From Methanobacteriota archaeon (GTDB lineage: Archaea; Halobacteriota; Bog-38; Methanoflorentales; Methanoflorentaceae), in contig OY970393.1 in the NCBI GenBank assembly GCA_963720465.1, positions 1,984,001 through 2,048,000 on the forward strand: 64,000 nucleotides of DNA, read 5' to 3'. The notes beneath the pieces were generated by a model. The model made no database searches. It was not told the origin of the DNA and saw nothing but the letters and a program-made list of their open reading frames with translations. The position numbers and the translations under genes are program-made. Below, piece after piece: positions 1 through 9,813 of this stretch; the first letter of the stretch is position 1; every line of letters begins with the position of its first letter.

Positions 1-383
1 TAGCCGATCTCTTCACCTGCAATTCCCGCCCACAGCATGTGCGAGTGAATCCGCTCGAGCTCTGCGTAAATGGTCCTTATGTATTTTGCTCTCTCGGGCA
101 CCTCGATATCAGCGATGTCTTCAACGCGTTCGACGTGGTTTAGTGGGTGGGCGTGTGAACAGATGCCGCAGATGCGTTCAACGAGATATACGATCTTAGA
201 AAATGGCCGCTCTTGGCAGAGTCGTTCGATGCTGCGGTGGTTGTAGCCGATTTCATAGTCGACGTCGACCACCTTCTCGCCCTCTACCTCAAACAAGAAC
301 CTCGCAGGCTCCTCCAAGGCGGGGTGGCTTGGCCCGATGGGGACCTTCAACTTCGCAAAGCCGCGATCGTTAACCTCTGCCAC
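1..383 (-). CDS. Group 4 energy-converting [NiFe]-hydrogenase large subunit (5' part, runs off window)
   Basis: Manual translation from GTG at 383: MAEVNDRGFAKLKVPIGPSHPALEEP...GYNHRSIE...VERICGICSHAH...AELERIHSH; L1 Ni-binding RxCGxC motif; not in ORF track. Confidence 0.9.
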   Translation of the reverse strand, partial: MAEVNDRGFAKLKVPIGPSHPALEEPARFLFEVEGEKVVDVDYEIGYNHRSIERLCQERPFSKIVYLVERICGICSHAHPLNHVERVEDIADIEVPERAKYIRTIYAELERIHSHMLWAGIAGEEIG

Positions 384-385
384 GG

Positions 386-784
386 TTACACCCTCCGAAG
401 TGGCGGCGTCGGATCGCTATATTTCGGGGGCAGTTCGAGCGGCCTTGAATCAGGAATCCCGATCACGTTGATGCCAAGCAAGCCGATGAGCTCTCGCTCA
501 TAGAGTAACGCGGCCACAAAGTGGTTGGTAATCGTCGGGACGTTTGGATTGTCATAGGAGAGGTCCACGATGATGGTGTGCAGCTGTGCCGATAGGGCAA
601 AGTGGTACAGCACTTCGAGATGATCTCGTGCATCTTTGCCGGTAATGGTGCCTAGTCGTGCCCCCTCCTGCTTAAGAAATGAGAGTGCCGCATCGAGGTC
701 GTTGAGGGCGACACGGTAGTATGAGTTTAAACCCTTGTGACTCGACTCTGTGACCGGTACTACATCTTCAAGCGGTCGCTTCAT
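386..784 (-). CDS. Hydrogenase NuoC/EchD-like subunit
   Basis: 132 aa, LYERELIGLLGI motif of the complex I 30-kDa family; between small and large subunit genes. Confidence 0.8.
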   Translation of the reverse strand: MKRPLEDVVPVTESSHKGLNSYYRVALNDLDAALSFLKQEGARLGTITGKDARDHLEVLYHFALSAQLHTIIVDLSYDNPNVPTITNHFVAALLYERELIGLLGINVIGIPDSRPLELPPKYSDPTPPLRRV

Positions 785-1299
785 CTTCCTGCCTCGGGAA
801 CGTTATCTGATGACTGGAACTTCGGATCGATGACCGTCTCCTTTGACATCGCTTCGTCAAATCGTGTCGTAGGTCGAGCGCCTTTGCCTTTTCTCTTTGA
901 GTCGAGCATCTTTGCTGCGGTTCGAATGCCTGATAGAATGTTGAGCGGTCTAGGAGGGCAGCCCATGACGTAGACGTCGACGGGGATGACCGTGTCAAGC
1001 GGCCCCGTTAATGAATACCCACCGTCAAAGATTCCGTTTGACGTGGGGCAACTCCCGACCGCAACGACGGCTTTCGGGTTTGGAATCTGGTCATAGATCA
1101 TCGTCAAGCGGTCCTCCATGCGTTTGGTAATGGGACCCGTTACCACGAGCACATCAGCGTGCCGCGGAGATCCAACGCGCAAAACGCCGTAGCGTTCCGC
1201 GCTGTACCGCGGATTTTGAATCGCAAGAACCTCGATATCGCATCCATTGCAGGATCCGGTGTTTATGAAGTAGACCCATGGTGACCTTGCTCGAAACAT
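781..1299 (-). CDS. Hydrogenase small subunit (NuoB/EchC-like)
   Basis: GSCNGCDIE, SPRHAD, VAVGSC and GCPPRP motifs; start moved to ATG 1299 behind a GGAGG RBS. Confidence 0.92.
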   Translation of the reverse strand: MFRARSPWVYFINTGSCNGCDIEVLAIQNPRYSAERYGVLRVGSPRHADVLVVTGPITKRMEDRLTMIYDQIPNPKAVVAVGSCPTSNGIFDGGYSLTGPLDTVIPVDVYVMGCPPRPLNILSGIRTAAKMLDSKRKGKGARPTTRFDEAMSKETVIDPKFQSSDNVPEAGR

Positions 1300-1301
1300 G
1301 A

Positions 1302-2708
1302 TCAACCTCCTAACAGAGCGAGTGATAGCTTGTTGATTTGGTCTACGATTGCTGTCGGAAATATACCCATCAACACACAAAGAACGCTCAAGATAATTAT
1401 GGGGATTATTATATAAATAGATAGATACGACACTGCAGGCGCTTCTATCTTTTGATCGACGGTGAGGAACACCCGTTGAAAAACTTTGATATAGGCTGCA
1501 AACATTGGAAACGTGAGCACGAGCAACACCGCCGACAAGGCGGGATAGACTCCTCCCTTAGCGAATCCCGCTTGAAGGATCAAATATTCACTGATAAAGC
1601 CGTTGAGTGGCGGAATCCCCGAGAGCGCAAGCGCTCCTATCAAGAACCCTCCGGCCACGATCGGCATCTTCGTCACCAGGCCGCCAAGCCCGTTGACATT
1701 TCGTTGCTTGGTTGCCGCGATAATGGCCCCCACACAGAGGAAAAGTAGTGATTTCATAACCATGTTATTAATTATTTGAAAAATTCCTCCCGTCAGCGCA
1801 GCAGATGATCCAATACCAACCGCAAATAGTATAATTCCGGCTTGTTCTATCGATGAATAAGCGAGAAACCGCTTTAGGTCCTTCTGGGTGTACGCCATAA
1901 GGGCGCCTACGCCCACGGTAAGCACCGCGGTGACTGCGATGAACAACAGCACAACATCAAGAGCCGGGTGTAACGCAAACAAGAACCGAATGAGGATAAA
2001 CGCGGTGGCTGCCTTGACGATGCCTGCCAAAAACGCGCTGACAGGCGTCGGGGCCTCCCCGTACGTATCAGGAACCCACGAATGCATCGGAACGACGCCG
2101 ATTTTCGTTCCCAATCCTATGAACAAGAAGAGGCTCATTAAAAGAACCGCGTTGCTCGATGTGCTTCCGAAGCTTGCTATATTGAGCGTTCCGTAGTTGA
2201 GGAACATCAAGATGAGCGCGATCAGCGTGAACGAGCTTCCGATGCTGTTTAGAACGACAAATTTTGTTGCTGCCTCAAACGCACGTCCCTTTCGGTATGT
2301 CACGAGGATTGCCGTCGAAAGGGTGCTGATTTCCAAAAAGATGTACAGCGTCGCAACGTTGGTGCTGAGGACCGCAGCAGCTGTGGCACTTATGATGATC
2401 AAAAGGAGAGGATAGTAGATGCGCCCGGCGTTTTCGATGTAAGGGAGACTAAACCACGTGACAAGGGTTCCGATAACGATCACCACATACGCTATCATGA
2501 GCCCCACCGTGGACAGCCCGACCGCCGTTGCAAATGAATCGAGGCTGGCAGTCGCGCTCGTGGCGACAAACAAATTGACCGTGAAAAGGACAGCGCTTAG
2601 CGTCATCCCAATGACAGCGGCATATGCTGCCATTTTCGTTTTACGACCGAAAAGCGCGCATATCGCTGCCGTGATCAACGGAATGGCCAAGGTGTACAGG
2701 ATATACAT
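1302..2708 (-). CDS. Proton-conducting antiporter-like membrane subunit (HyfF/NuoN/MrpD family)
   Basis: 468 aa multi-TM; P-x-HSWVPDTYGEAPTPVSA and AYSSIEQ motifs. Confidence 0.9.
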   Translation of the reverse strand: MYILYTLAIPLITAAICALFGRKTKMAAYAAVIGMTLSAVLFTVNLFVATSATASLDSFATAVGLSTVGLMIAYVVIVIGTLVTWFSLPYIENAGRIYYPLLLIIISATAAAVLSTNVATLYIFLEISTLSTAILVTYRKGRAFEAATKFVVLNSIGSSFTLIALILMFLNYGTLNIASFGSTSSNAVLLMSLFLFIGLGTKIGVVPMHSWVPDTYGEAPTPVSAFLAGIVKAATAFILIRFLFALHPALDVVLLFIAVTAVLTVGVGALMAYTQKDLKRFLAYSSIEQAGIILFAVGIGSSAALTGGIFQIINNMVMKSLLFLCVGAIIAATKQRNVNGLGGLVTKMPIVAGGFLIGALALSGIPPLNGFISEYLILQAGFAKGGVYPALSAVLLVLTFPMFAAYIKVFQRVFLTVDQKIEAPAVSYLSIYIIIPIIILSVLCVLMGIFPTAIVDQINKLSLALLGG

Positions 2709-2720
2709 TTAGGTTCTCCG

Positions 2721-3320
2721 CTATCCACGAAGGTTGGTCAACTTGCTGCTGTCAATGGAATCATATTCGGCGAAGTCCATGAGCGCTATCAAGGCTATTG
2801 TGAGCGTGATTAGCACCACGAACACCTCAGCGACGACGGCAAGCAGCGCCGTGTTTTCTCCCCACGCGATGAGCAGTGTTCCGATGTTTTCGAGGACGAG
2901 TATACCGAGGAGGAGCTTAAAGATGCTTCTTTGGCTCACAAGGATTAGAAAAGCGATACCGAAGAGCGCGATAAGAGCGTAGGTTTCGCTGATCCGTCCA
3001 GGCGGAAATTGCGATTGCATTGAAAAAGCTACCACGTACGAAAGTGCTACGGTCACGAGCGCCACCGAAATCATTGGCAGCGTACTAAATCGAGGCTGGG
3101 TTTGTTTTGTACGAGCGACGGCCAGCAGGATGATGATGGGAGACAGTATCCCGAGCGCCGCCTTTACGAGTGCCCCTATCACATCGTTTTCCGTAAACAG
3201 GAATGCTGCGATTATCAAGTTTAGAGCGAGGAGCGCCAACGTTGACCATTTATCGCTTAAGATCACGATGAGAATCGCGCATATCACCCACAGGATACCA
3301 AACGCAAGTACTGTCTCCAT
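2721..3320 (-). CDS. HyfE-like small membrane subunit
   Basis: 199 aa, about 7 hydrophobic segments, GILVLENIG and C-terminal LTNLRG typical of HyfE; operon position. Confidence 0.7.
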   Translation of the reverse strand: METVLAFGILWVICAILIVILSDKWSTLALLALNLIIAAFLFTENDVIGALVKAALGILSPIIILLAVARTKQTQPRFSTLPMISVALVTVALSYVVAFSMQSQFPPGRISETYALIALFGIAFLILVSQRSIFKLLLGILVLENIGTLLIAWGENTALLAVVAEVFVVLITLTIALIALMDFAEYDSIDSSKLTNLRG

Positions 3321-5200
3321 TACGACCCCCTAAAAACTAGAAAAACGGCTCCCGCAAGGAGCAGCCAAACGAATATCCACGCGGCATACCTGATCACGTT
3401 TCCGTTTTGTGCTCGGCGTAGCGCTCTCGACAGCGAGTCCACGCCTCGCCCGATTGCAGCGTAGGCATAGTCAGGGTCAATCCATCGCAATCGCTCGAAC
3501 GGCTGCGTCACTTGGTAGAGAAAGTGCCTTCCAGATGCGTACACGTATCCTTCAGGCAGCTCGTATCCCGCTCCGAAAAGCTGTTTGGATGTTGGAGCGG
3601 TCTCACGAGGTCGCCGCGTTAGGAATTCGTTAAGGATTAGACCGGCAAGTATAGCCGTCAAAAGGAGAATCGCCGCCAGGGCGGGGGCGAAACTGGATAC
3701 GCCTGGTATTTCGATATTAGTGAGCACGATCGCGGACTGCGTGACCACTGTCCCGGTGTACGGGACCTGCGCTATGATGGCGAGGGGGTATTGCGCGAAG
3801 ATCCCCAAAGCGACGCACCCCGCCGCAAGGATTACCTGTGGCACCCACATCGTGGCGGGCGCCTCGTGTGCGCCTTCCAAGTCGGCCGGAAGCTGACCGT
3901 AGAATACGCTAATCGTCGCGCGGAAGATGTAGCCTGCAGAGAGCACGCTCCCTGCCAGTACCACAATCACGAAGACCTGCAAGCCCGCAGTCGTCGTGGC
4001 GATGCTGCTCGAGTAAATGAGCCACTTGCTTACAAAGCCGACAAGGGGCGGCACGCCTGCTAGTGTCACGGCGGCGATGGTGAATGAAGCGGCGGTATAC
4101 GGCATCTTTCTCGATAGGCCGCCCAGCTTGTTGAGATCCATCGTATGTGCGGTGTGATCAACGGACCCCGCTCCTAGAAACAGACAGGCCTTAAAAAAGC
4201 CGTGCGCGAGGAATTGCATTAATCCCGCGACGAGCCCTATCGGTCCAAAGCTGAATGCAAGGAACATGAATCCCAGGTTTGTGATGGTGCTGTACGCGAG
4301 GACCTCCTTCAGGTCGTTAGCGCGCATTGCGAAGGTAGCGGCCAACACCAGCGTGAATCCGCCGATGATGGCGAGCACCCAGGGCCAGCCGCCGGTAAAC
4401 AACGGAAAGAGTCGTGCCGCGAGATACACACCAGCGGGGACCATTGCAGCGCTGTGCAACAACGCAGAAACTGGTGTGGGGCCTTGCATTGCGCTGGGCA
4501 ACCACGAGAAGAACGGCGTTTGCGCAGACTTGGCGAATATGGCGATGAGCGCGAGGGCGAGCAGAGTATTCATCTGCCACGCTGCCGGCGTCGACGTTAA
4601 CAATGCATTGATGTTAAGGCTGCCCGTCCACGCGTAGGCGCCGATCGCAAACAGCAACAATGCCTCTCCTGGTATGTGTGTAAAGAAGAAGACTTTTTTT
4701 GCGGCCTCGTTCTTTAAGGGGTCGGCATACCAGAAACCGACTAACAGGAACGAGCAAATGCCCACGATCTCCCAGCCCATGTAAAAAACGACCAGATTGG
4801 CGGCGTTGACAAGCATCAGCATTCCGCCGACGAAAAATAACATGAGGAAGTAGTAACGCCCTCTTCCGCTCTCGTTTTGCATGTAGCTATTTGAGTACCA
4901 TATGATCACGCACCCCATCAGCGCAACAACGAGCGAGAACAGAAGACTAAGCGCGTCGAATCTGAATGAAAAAAGTTGCAGATTGTTGACAGCCACGTTT
5001 GCCACGGCTGCGGTCACTGGTCCGGTGTACGCGATAGCAAGGGCTGAAGCGAAGACGAGGGTAATCAGCGCAATAAGGGTAGAAACGTAGTCCACAATTT
5101 TTGACTGCGTGAAGCCGCCGAGAATTAGAGGCACAAGCGAAAACACGGTAGGAGTGAATATCAAGGCGAGCAGAAGGTACGACGTCGATAAACCATCCAT
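3320..5200 (-). CDS. NuoL/MrpA/HyfB-like antiporter subunit of the hydrogenase complex
   Basis: 626 aa; WE-x-VG, KSAQxPFFSWLPSAMQGPTPVSALLHSA and HGFFKACLFL motifs. Confidence 0.92.
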   Translation of the reverse strand: MDGLSTSYLLLALIFTPTVFSLVPLILGGFTQSKIVDYVSTLIALITLVFASALAIAYTGPVTAAVANVAVNNLQLFSFRFDALSLLFSLVVALMGCVIIWYSNSYMQNESGRGRYYFLMLFFVGGMLMLVNAANLVVFYMGWEIVGICSFLLVGFWYADPLKNEAAKKVFFFTHIPGEALLLFAIGAYAWTGSLNINALLTSTPAAWQMNTLLALALIAIFAKSAQTPFFSWLPSAMQGPTPVSALLHSAAMVPAGVYLAARLFPLFTGGWPWVLAIIGGFTLVLAATFAMRANDLKEVLAYSTITNLGFMFLAFSFGPIGLVAGLMQFLAHGFFKACLFLGAGSVDHTAHTMDLNKLGGLSRKMPYTAASFTIAAVTLAGVPPLVGFVSKWLIYSSSIATTTAGLQVFVIVVLAGSVLSAGYIFRATISVFYGQLPADLEGAHEAPATMWVPQVILAAGCVALGIFAQYPLAIIAQVPYTGTVVTQSAIVLTNIEIPGVSSFAPALAAILLLTAILAGLILNEFLTRRPRETAPTSKQLFGAGYELPEGYVYASGRHFLYQVTQPFERLRWIDPDYAYAAIGRGVDSLSRALRRAQNGNVIRYAAWIFVWLLLAGAVFLVFRGS

Positions 5201-5334
5201 ATGACGACTCCGGTTGCGGGTCGTATAGATGTGATGGTTGCTTATTAAACTGACGCTTTTTTACGCGAGCACCGCGCTCGGTTCGAAAGCGGCAGTAATC
5301 GCGGTGCGGTCATATTGCCGGTAAAAGCTCTCAG

Positions 5335-5700
5335 ATGCGCTATCATTATATCAATGATATCAACGCCAAAAGCAACGACGACGGTAAAACAAATGACGCC
5401 AACACCATCGCTGGCAGTAACATCCCCACGAAGGCCAAGGCAACCTCGACGCCCCGTCTACTAGTAGCTTCTAAGCAGGCATCCGGTCAGCCAAGTGCCT
5501 CAGGCTCGAATTCCCCGATAGCTGCGAAAAGTGCGTCTCCAATGCCTGACGATGCATCGATGCTGGGAACGTCTGTACCAGCAGCTCAAACGAGCGGTGT
5601 TGCAAGCTTACCCTCGCAGCCGGTTCCAGAATTCTCGCTGCTTGGGCTCGGAATACCGGCACTTGTCGCCGGGTCCATATATCTGCCTATCAAGCGGTAA
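5335..5700 (+). CDS. Low-complexity protein with PEF-CTERM sorting signal (possibly a fragment)
   Basis: Ends PVPEF-hydrophobic stretch-KR; S/T/A/P-rich body; no signal peptide. Confidence 0.55.
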   Translation: MRYHYINDINAKSNDDGKTNDANTIAGSNIPTKAKATSTPRLLVASKQASGQPSASGSNSPIAAKSASPMPDDASMLGTSVPAAQTSGVASLPSQPVPEFSLLGLGIPALVAGSIYLPIKR

Positions 5701-5922
5701 ATGATCCCTACACGGGATCCTTCTTTTTCTCATTTAAGGTAAGGCGTCAGCGCTTTAAAACCTCGTCATTATGAGGGTGTTTTGCATCGAATTGCTGCGG
5801 TTTTACTGTTTTTGGAACGTCGCGCATAGTCGAGGCGCCGGCAGGGTTGCGGATACAATAGCCAAAGTGGAACAAAGGTTTTATAAACGCATCTTAACCA
5901 ATCTATCCAAACGGGTTTTTCA

Positions 5923-6591
5923 ATGCGCATAACCTTGCTTGGTGGTACGGGAAACATCGGAGAGGGACTGGCGCTTCGCTGGGCTCCAAAACACGACGTG
6001 GTCATAGGATCACGAAGCGCTGAAAAAGCTGAGGAAGCTGCACTTTCCTGCGAAGCGCGATTACTCAACGAAGGCATTACGTGCGAACTGTACGGGGAAG
6101 AAAACGTTCAAGCCATAGAACATAGCGATGTGGTAGTGATTGCACTGCAGTATCAGTTTGCAATCCCCACGGCGGTTGCGATCAAAGATCAGCTAGCGGG
6201 TAACGCAATAGTCGTATCTCCGGTCGTGCCAATGACTAAAGATGGGTTCTTGCGCTACGTGCCCGCCGACAAGTATGGAAGCGCTGCCGTTGAGATGCAA
6301 GATATTCTTTCGAACAATAATGTCGTTTCAGCGTTTCACACGACGCCTGCGGCACGTCTGATTGATCTCAAAGACAAGCTCGGCCTAGACGTTCTTGTGT
6401 GTGGCTCTGAACAGCCGAAGGCAACCGTTATGGAGCTCATTAAGGACATAGAGGGACTTACTCCCTTCGATGCTGGGCCACTTGAAGCATCATCTATGGT
6501 CGAATCGATAACGCCTCTTTTGATAAACGTATCAGCGCGAAACCGGCTAAAGAACAGTTCCATTCGCATAATTGGGCAGAGCGTTGAATGA
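5923..6591 (+). CDS. npdG: NADPH-dependent F420 reductase
   Basis: MRITLLGGTGNIGEGLALRW, IGSR, DAGPL and VESITPLL motifs. Confidence 0.95.
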   Translation: MRITLLGGTGNIGEGLALRWAPKHDVVIGSRSAEKAEEAALSCEARLLNEGITCELYGEENVQAIEHSDVVVIALQYQFAIPTAVAIKDQLAGNAIVVSPVVPMTKDGFLRYVPADKYGSAAVEMQDILSNNNVVSAFHTTPAARLIDLKDKLGLDVLVCGSEQPKATVMELIKDIEGLTPFDAGPLEASSMVESITPLLINVSARNRLKNSSIRIIGQSVE

Positions 6592-6783
6592 GTGCTGGTC
6601 TTCTCATAGAGGGCGCCGTTCGTACCTTCTATGAAGACAGCTTCATTACTTGGGCCCTATGAGCAGGCCGCCGGTCCTGTACCCAGTGCAATCTGCCAGC
6701 CGAGGAATGTCCAGTCAGCTGCACAAGTGCCCCCTTCGAGTAGTCCACAAATAGCTTACAGTGAGAAAAGCACGGGAGAAAGG

Positions 6784-6996
6784 ATGCAAACGCTCGGTAG
6801 GACATTAACTCTGTATCTGACTGGATTCATAATTGTCTTGATATTGCTTGTTTTGTTTTTCCCGCTCGGCTTAATTGCATTCTTAATTTGGCTATCTTTA
6901 TCTACCGTTCAAGGCCCAAGAAGTAGAGGAGATATGCTGCCAGATAAATCGGTGAGATTATGCAACTTATCAGAAAATCAAAGGTTACCAAACTAA
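6784..6996 (+). CDS. Small hypothetical membrane protein
   Basis: Hydrophobic stretch LYLTGFIIVLILLVLFFPLGLIAFLIWL; start uncertain (ORF track starts at 6631). Confidence 0.35.
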   Translation: MQTLGRTLTLYLTGFIIVLILLVLFFPLGLIAFLIWLSLSTVQGPRSRGDMLPDKSVRLCNLSENQRLPN

Positions 6997-7384
6997 ATGC
7001 CAAAACAGGCATTATCTACCCCCTCATTAGGTTGTCTAAAATCTATGCAGGCGAAATTGGCAAGACGGCCGAGATTTTTGAAAGCAAGCTCGAGAACAAG
7101 CGAGCACTAGTCCTCACTTTCGACGAACAAGCCGAAACAGGTTCTGAAGTTATACAACTTTTGCCTAAAGTTATACAACTAGATTGTCAGGAAGACCTAG
7201 AAGCTCGCCCCGTGAACTCGAATCACGAATCGCGGAGCTTAAATCACTTCTTCTCGAAAACAAAAATCAAAAAGCCCTCCCCAGAGCCAGTTATTTCGTC
7301 AAAGCACCCCAGAAAAAGCATGGGCTCGGCCGGATTCGAACCGGCGACCTCCGCCGTGTGAAGGCGACGTCACAAATGGCCTAG
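6960..7384 (+). pseudogene. N-terminal fragment of an SSV-type tyrosine integrase, frameshifted near 7208
   Basis: Two overlapping ORFs join (…QEDLEAR / RELESRIAELKSLLLE…) if one base is added at cgcccccgt; the second frame reads antisense through a tRNA 3' half (GLGRIRTGDLRRVKATS), the int(N) geometry of SSV-type elements. Confidence 0.6.
7321..7372 (-). tRNA. tRNA-Val(CAC) 3' fragment / pseudo-tRNA, probable att site
   Basis: Reverse complement TGACGTCGCCTTCACACGGCGGAGGTCGCCGGTTCGAATCCGGCCGAGCCCA: anticodon arm, T arm and 3' acceptor strand intact; 5' acceptor strand and D arm degenerate. Confidence 0.85.
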
Positions 7385-7820
7385 TCCGAAGACGGAAATG
7401 CGCGCACAATGCGTACTTACCTGGACAAACAACACTTTTTTATCCTCCCCGCGTAATCCGCCATATAGCTAACTCCGGCGCGAATGCACAGCGACTCCCA
7501 TTTTTAGAGGGGCACGGCGGTGACGCTGCGTGCAGTGGCGCAAAGACGCACGATCCAAGCGCACAATAAAGACCCGCGTACAAAGGCCACGCCGTGAGAA
7601 AGGGGATTCCTTTTTCTGCCAGAGATAAAAGTGGATCGGTCGAATCGTTTGTGCTGTGCCTCGGTTTTTGCTGGGCGATGGCGCACGGTGAACAAAAAGT
7701 AGAACCCCACGCACGTGAATCAGACTTATGAACTTGCTCATCAAAGATTTGGCGACCGCGTAACAACTGCTAACCCGATCAGAATCCAGATACAGCAACG
7801 CATAGCAGATTTTCTGAGGC

Positions 7821-9056
7821 GTGAAACAGCCGGACAGCACGCAGCGCCACTTTAAGGCAACCCGCATCGTAGGAAAAGACCTCCTCACCGAACTTTTTCA
7901 AGCGGCTGAAATGCGCCGCTGGAACGACAAGCTGTGCCCCGTTCCCCTGACCGAACTCGACAAGCAGGGACACAAGATGACCATCGCCTACGTGCTCGGC
8001 AAGTTCACCGAACACAGCAGCGACTTTAGCTGGATCGAGGTCATCGAGGGCGGCCTGTTTGACTACTTCGAGCGCCTCACCCTTACCGACTTAAAACCCC
8101 AGATCTTCGAGAGGATCAAGGCAAACGACGAGACGTATAACGAGCTGAAGACGGAGGTCTACGCGCGCTTTACGCCCCTCATTTCTGATCTAAACGGCCT
8201 CGACAAACGGTTTGAAGCGTATCTCTTCCGCCCGCCTGACACCAACAGCAGGAAGGTACTCGATGCGGCCCACTTCTACGCGACCAAGTGGGAGTTTGAC
8301 ATCATCGAACGCGAGAACGCGAGCGATTACGAGATTCACGAGATCCGCCGCGGATTGCAGAGGCGCCAGGAGGCACTCGCTGACGTCGAAGGGCTGCGCT
8401 ACCTCGCCCTTTTCCCGACCTATCGCAGCTTCGTCTATTTGTGCGGGCGCCTGCGGTTTCAAGTACGATGGGGGCAGCTCTTCCGAATCCCGCGGACGTC
8501 AGTGCTCGGCCACATGCTCATTGTGGCGATCATTTCGTACCTGTTCTCACTCGAGATTGACGCGTATCCCAAGCGCCGTGCGAACAACTACTTCACCGGG
8601 CTGTTCCACGACCTGCCCGAAGTCCTCACCAAGGACATCATCAGCCCCGTCAAAAGGGCGGCCACGGGCTTGGACCGCTTCGTGAAGGACTTCGAACGGG
8701 AAGAGATGGAGCGCAGAATTTACGGGCCAGAGCTCATCTCGAAGGCGTGGCAGCCAGAGATGCGGATGTTTACTGAAGACGAGTTTGTCTCAAAGGTGAC
8801 GATCGACGGGCAGGTGCGCCACACAACCTCTGACACGATAACCGCGTCGTACAACGGTGACCGATACAATCCGGTCGACGGAGAACTCGTCAAAGCTGCC
8901 GATGATCTCGCGGCGTTTATGGAAGCGTACCTCGCACTGCAAAACGGCATTTCAAATGCGCAATTGCAGGCGGCCGTTCGAGAGAAGAAACTGTTCTATC
9001 GCCAAAAGACGATTGCTGGGATAAACCTTGGCAACGTGTATAAGGATTTTCACTAG
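7821..9056 (+). CDS. Tandem HD-domain hydrolase (YfbR/COG1896-like)
   Basis: C-terminal half: SVLGH…LFHDLPE…DIISPVK…ADDLAA; N-terminal half is a degenerate copy (RRWND…QGHK…TDLKP). Confidence 0.85.
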   Translation: MKQPDSTQRHFKATRIVGKDLLTELFQAAEMRRWNDKLCPVPLTELDKQGHKMTIAYVLGKFTEHSSDFSWIEVIEGGLFDYFERLTLTDLKPQIFERIKANDETYNELKTEVYARFTPLISDLNGLDKRFEAYLFRPPDTNSRKVLDAAHFYATKWEFDIIERENASDYEIHEIRRGLQRRQEALADVEGLRYLALFPTYRSFVYLCGRLRFQVRWGQLFRIPRTSVLGHMLIVAIISYLFSLEIDAYPKRRANNYFTGLFHDLPEVLTKDIISPVKRAATGLDRFVKDFEREEMERRIYGPELISKAWQPEMRMFTEDEFVSKVTIDGQVRHTTSDTITASYNGDRYNPVDGELVKAADDLAAFMEAYLALQNGISNAQLQAAVREKKLFYRQKTIAGINLGNVYKDFH

Positions 9057-9286
9057 ATCGGAGCGCGCCTAAGCAACTGTGTGAAGCACCATTTGGGCTG
9101 GGCTAATGTTGCATTGTTTGCACTCCTTCGTTCGTCAAAAAAACACGCAAAAAAAATAAGGCATCCGCAGGACGATCAGCAAACTGTCTTAGCGGAATGC
9201 TGATTGCTGGGCACGTTATCTTTTTTCGGATTTGTCTATTTCTAAGCGATTCGCAAAGCACATAAACGGTTGCTTCGGCGTTGCCG

Positions 9287-9685
9287 TTACCCTTTCTTAG
9301 GACGGAGCGTAACAAGAATATCCCGTTCGTCAGTCTCAACGGGCGAATAGATAACCTCGAGGTCGCCAAAAGGGGGATTGGGCCTCAGTCTCCTAAAGAC
9401 TCCGTTCTGATATTCTATGTATTGACGCTGTTCCAACAGCTCGACAAACTGATTCAGGGTAAACCCTTTGGACGTTTCAATGTCATCTAAGGAGCGCGTC
9501 TCAAGCCACTGGATGAATGCGAAGAACATCGCCTCTTGAGTGATTATCGCCTCCGGAGGGACAGCCCCAGCGGGGGCTACAAGATCAAGTGCGTCGTAAT
9601 AGAAGTCGTGCACAATGTGTATTATTGCGTCGAATCGTTTTTCGCCGCCCAGCGCCTTTTTGAGCGCTTCAATTTCATCTGTCAT
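9287..9685 (-). CDS. Hypothetical protein
   Basis: 132-aa ORF with GAGGAGG RBS and protein-like composition. Confidence 0.65.
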   Translation of the reverse strand: MTDEIEALKKALGGEKRFDAIIHIVHDFYYDALDLVAPAGAVPPEAIITQEAMFFAFIQWLETRSLDDIETSKGFTLNQFVELLEQRQYIEYQNGVFRRLRPNPPFGDLEVIYSPVETDERDILVTLRPKKG

Positions 9686-9813
9686 TATAACCTCCTCTAA
9701 TCCAACTACGTGTGCAATTATTATTCCACTATTTCCCGCATATCGTAATCGTTTTTCTGCTAGTCACTTTTATTTTTACCACCACCGTGGCGTGATGTAT
9801 CCGGATCCTATAT

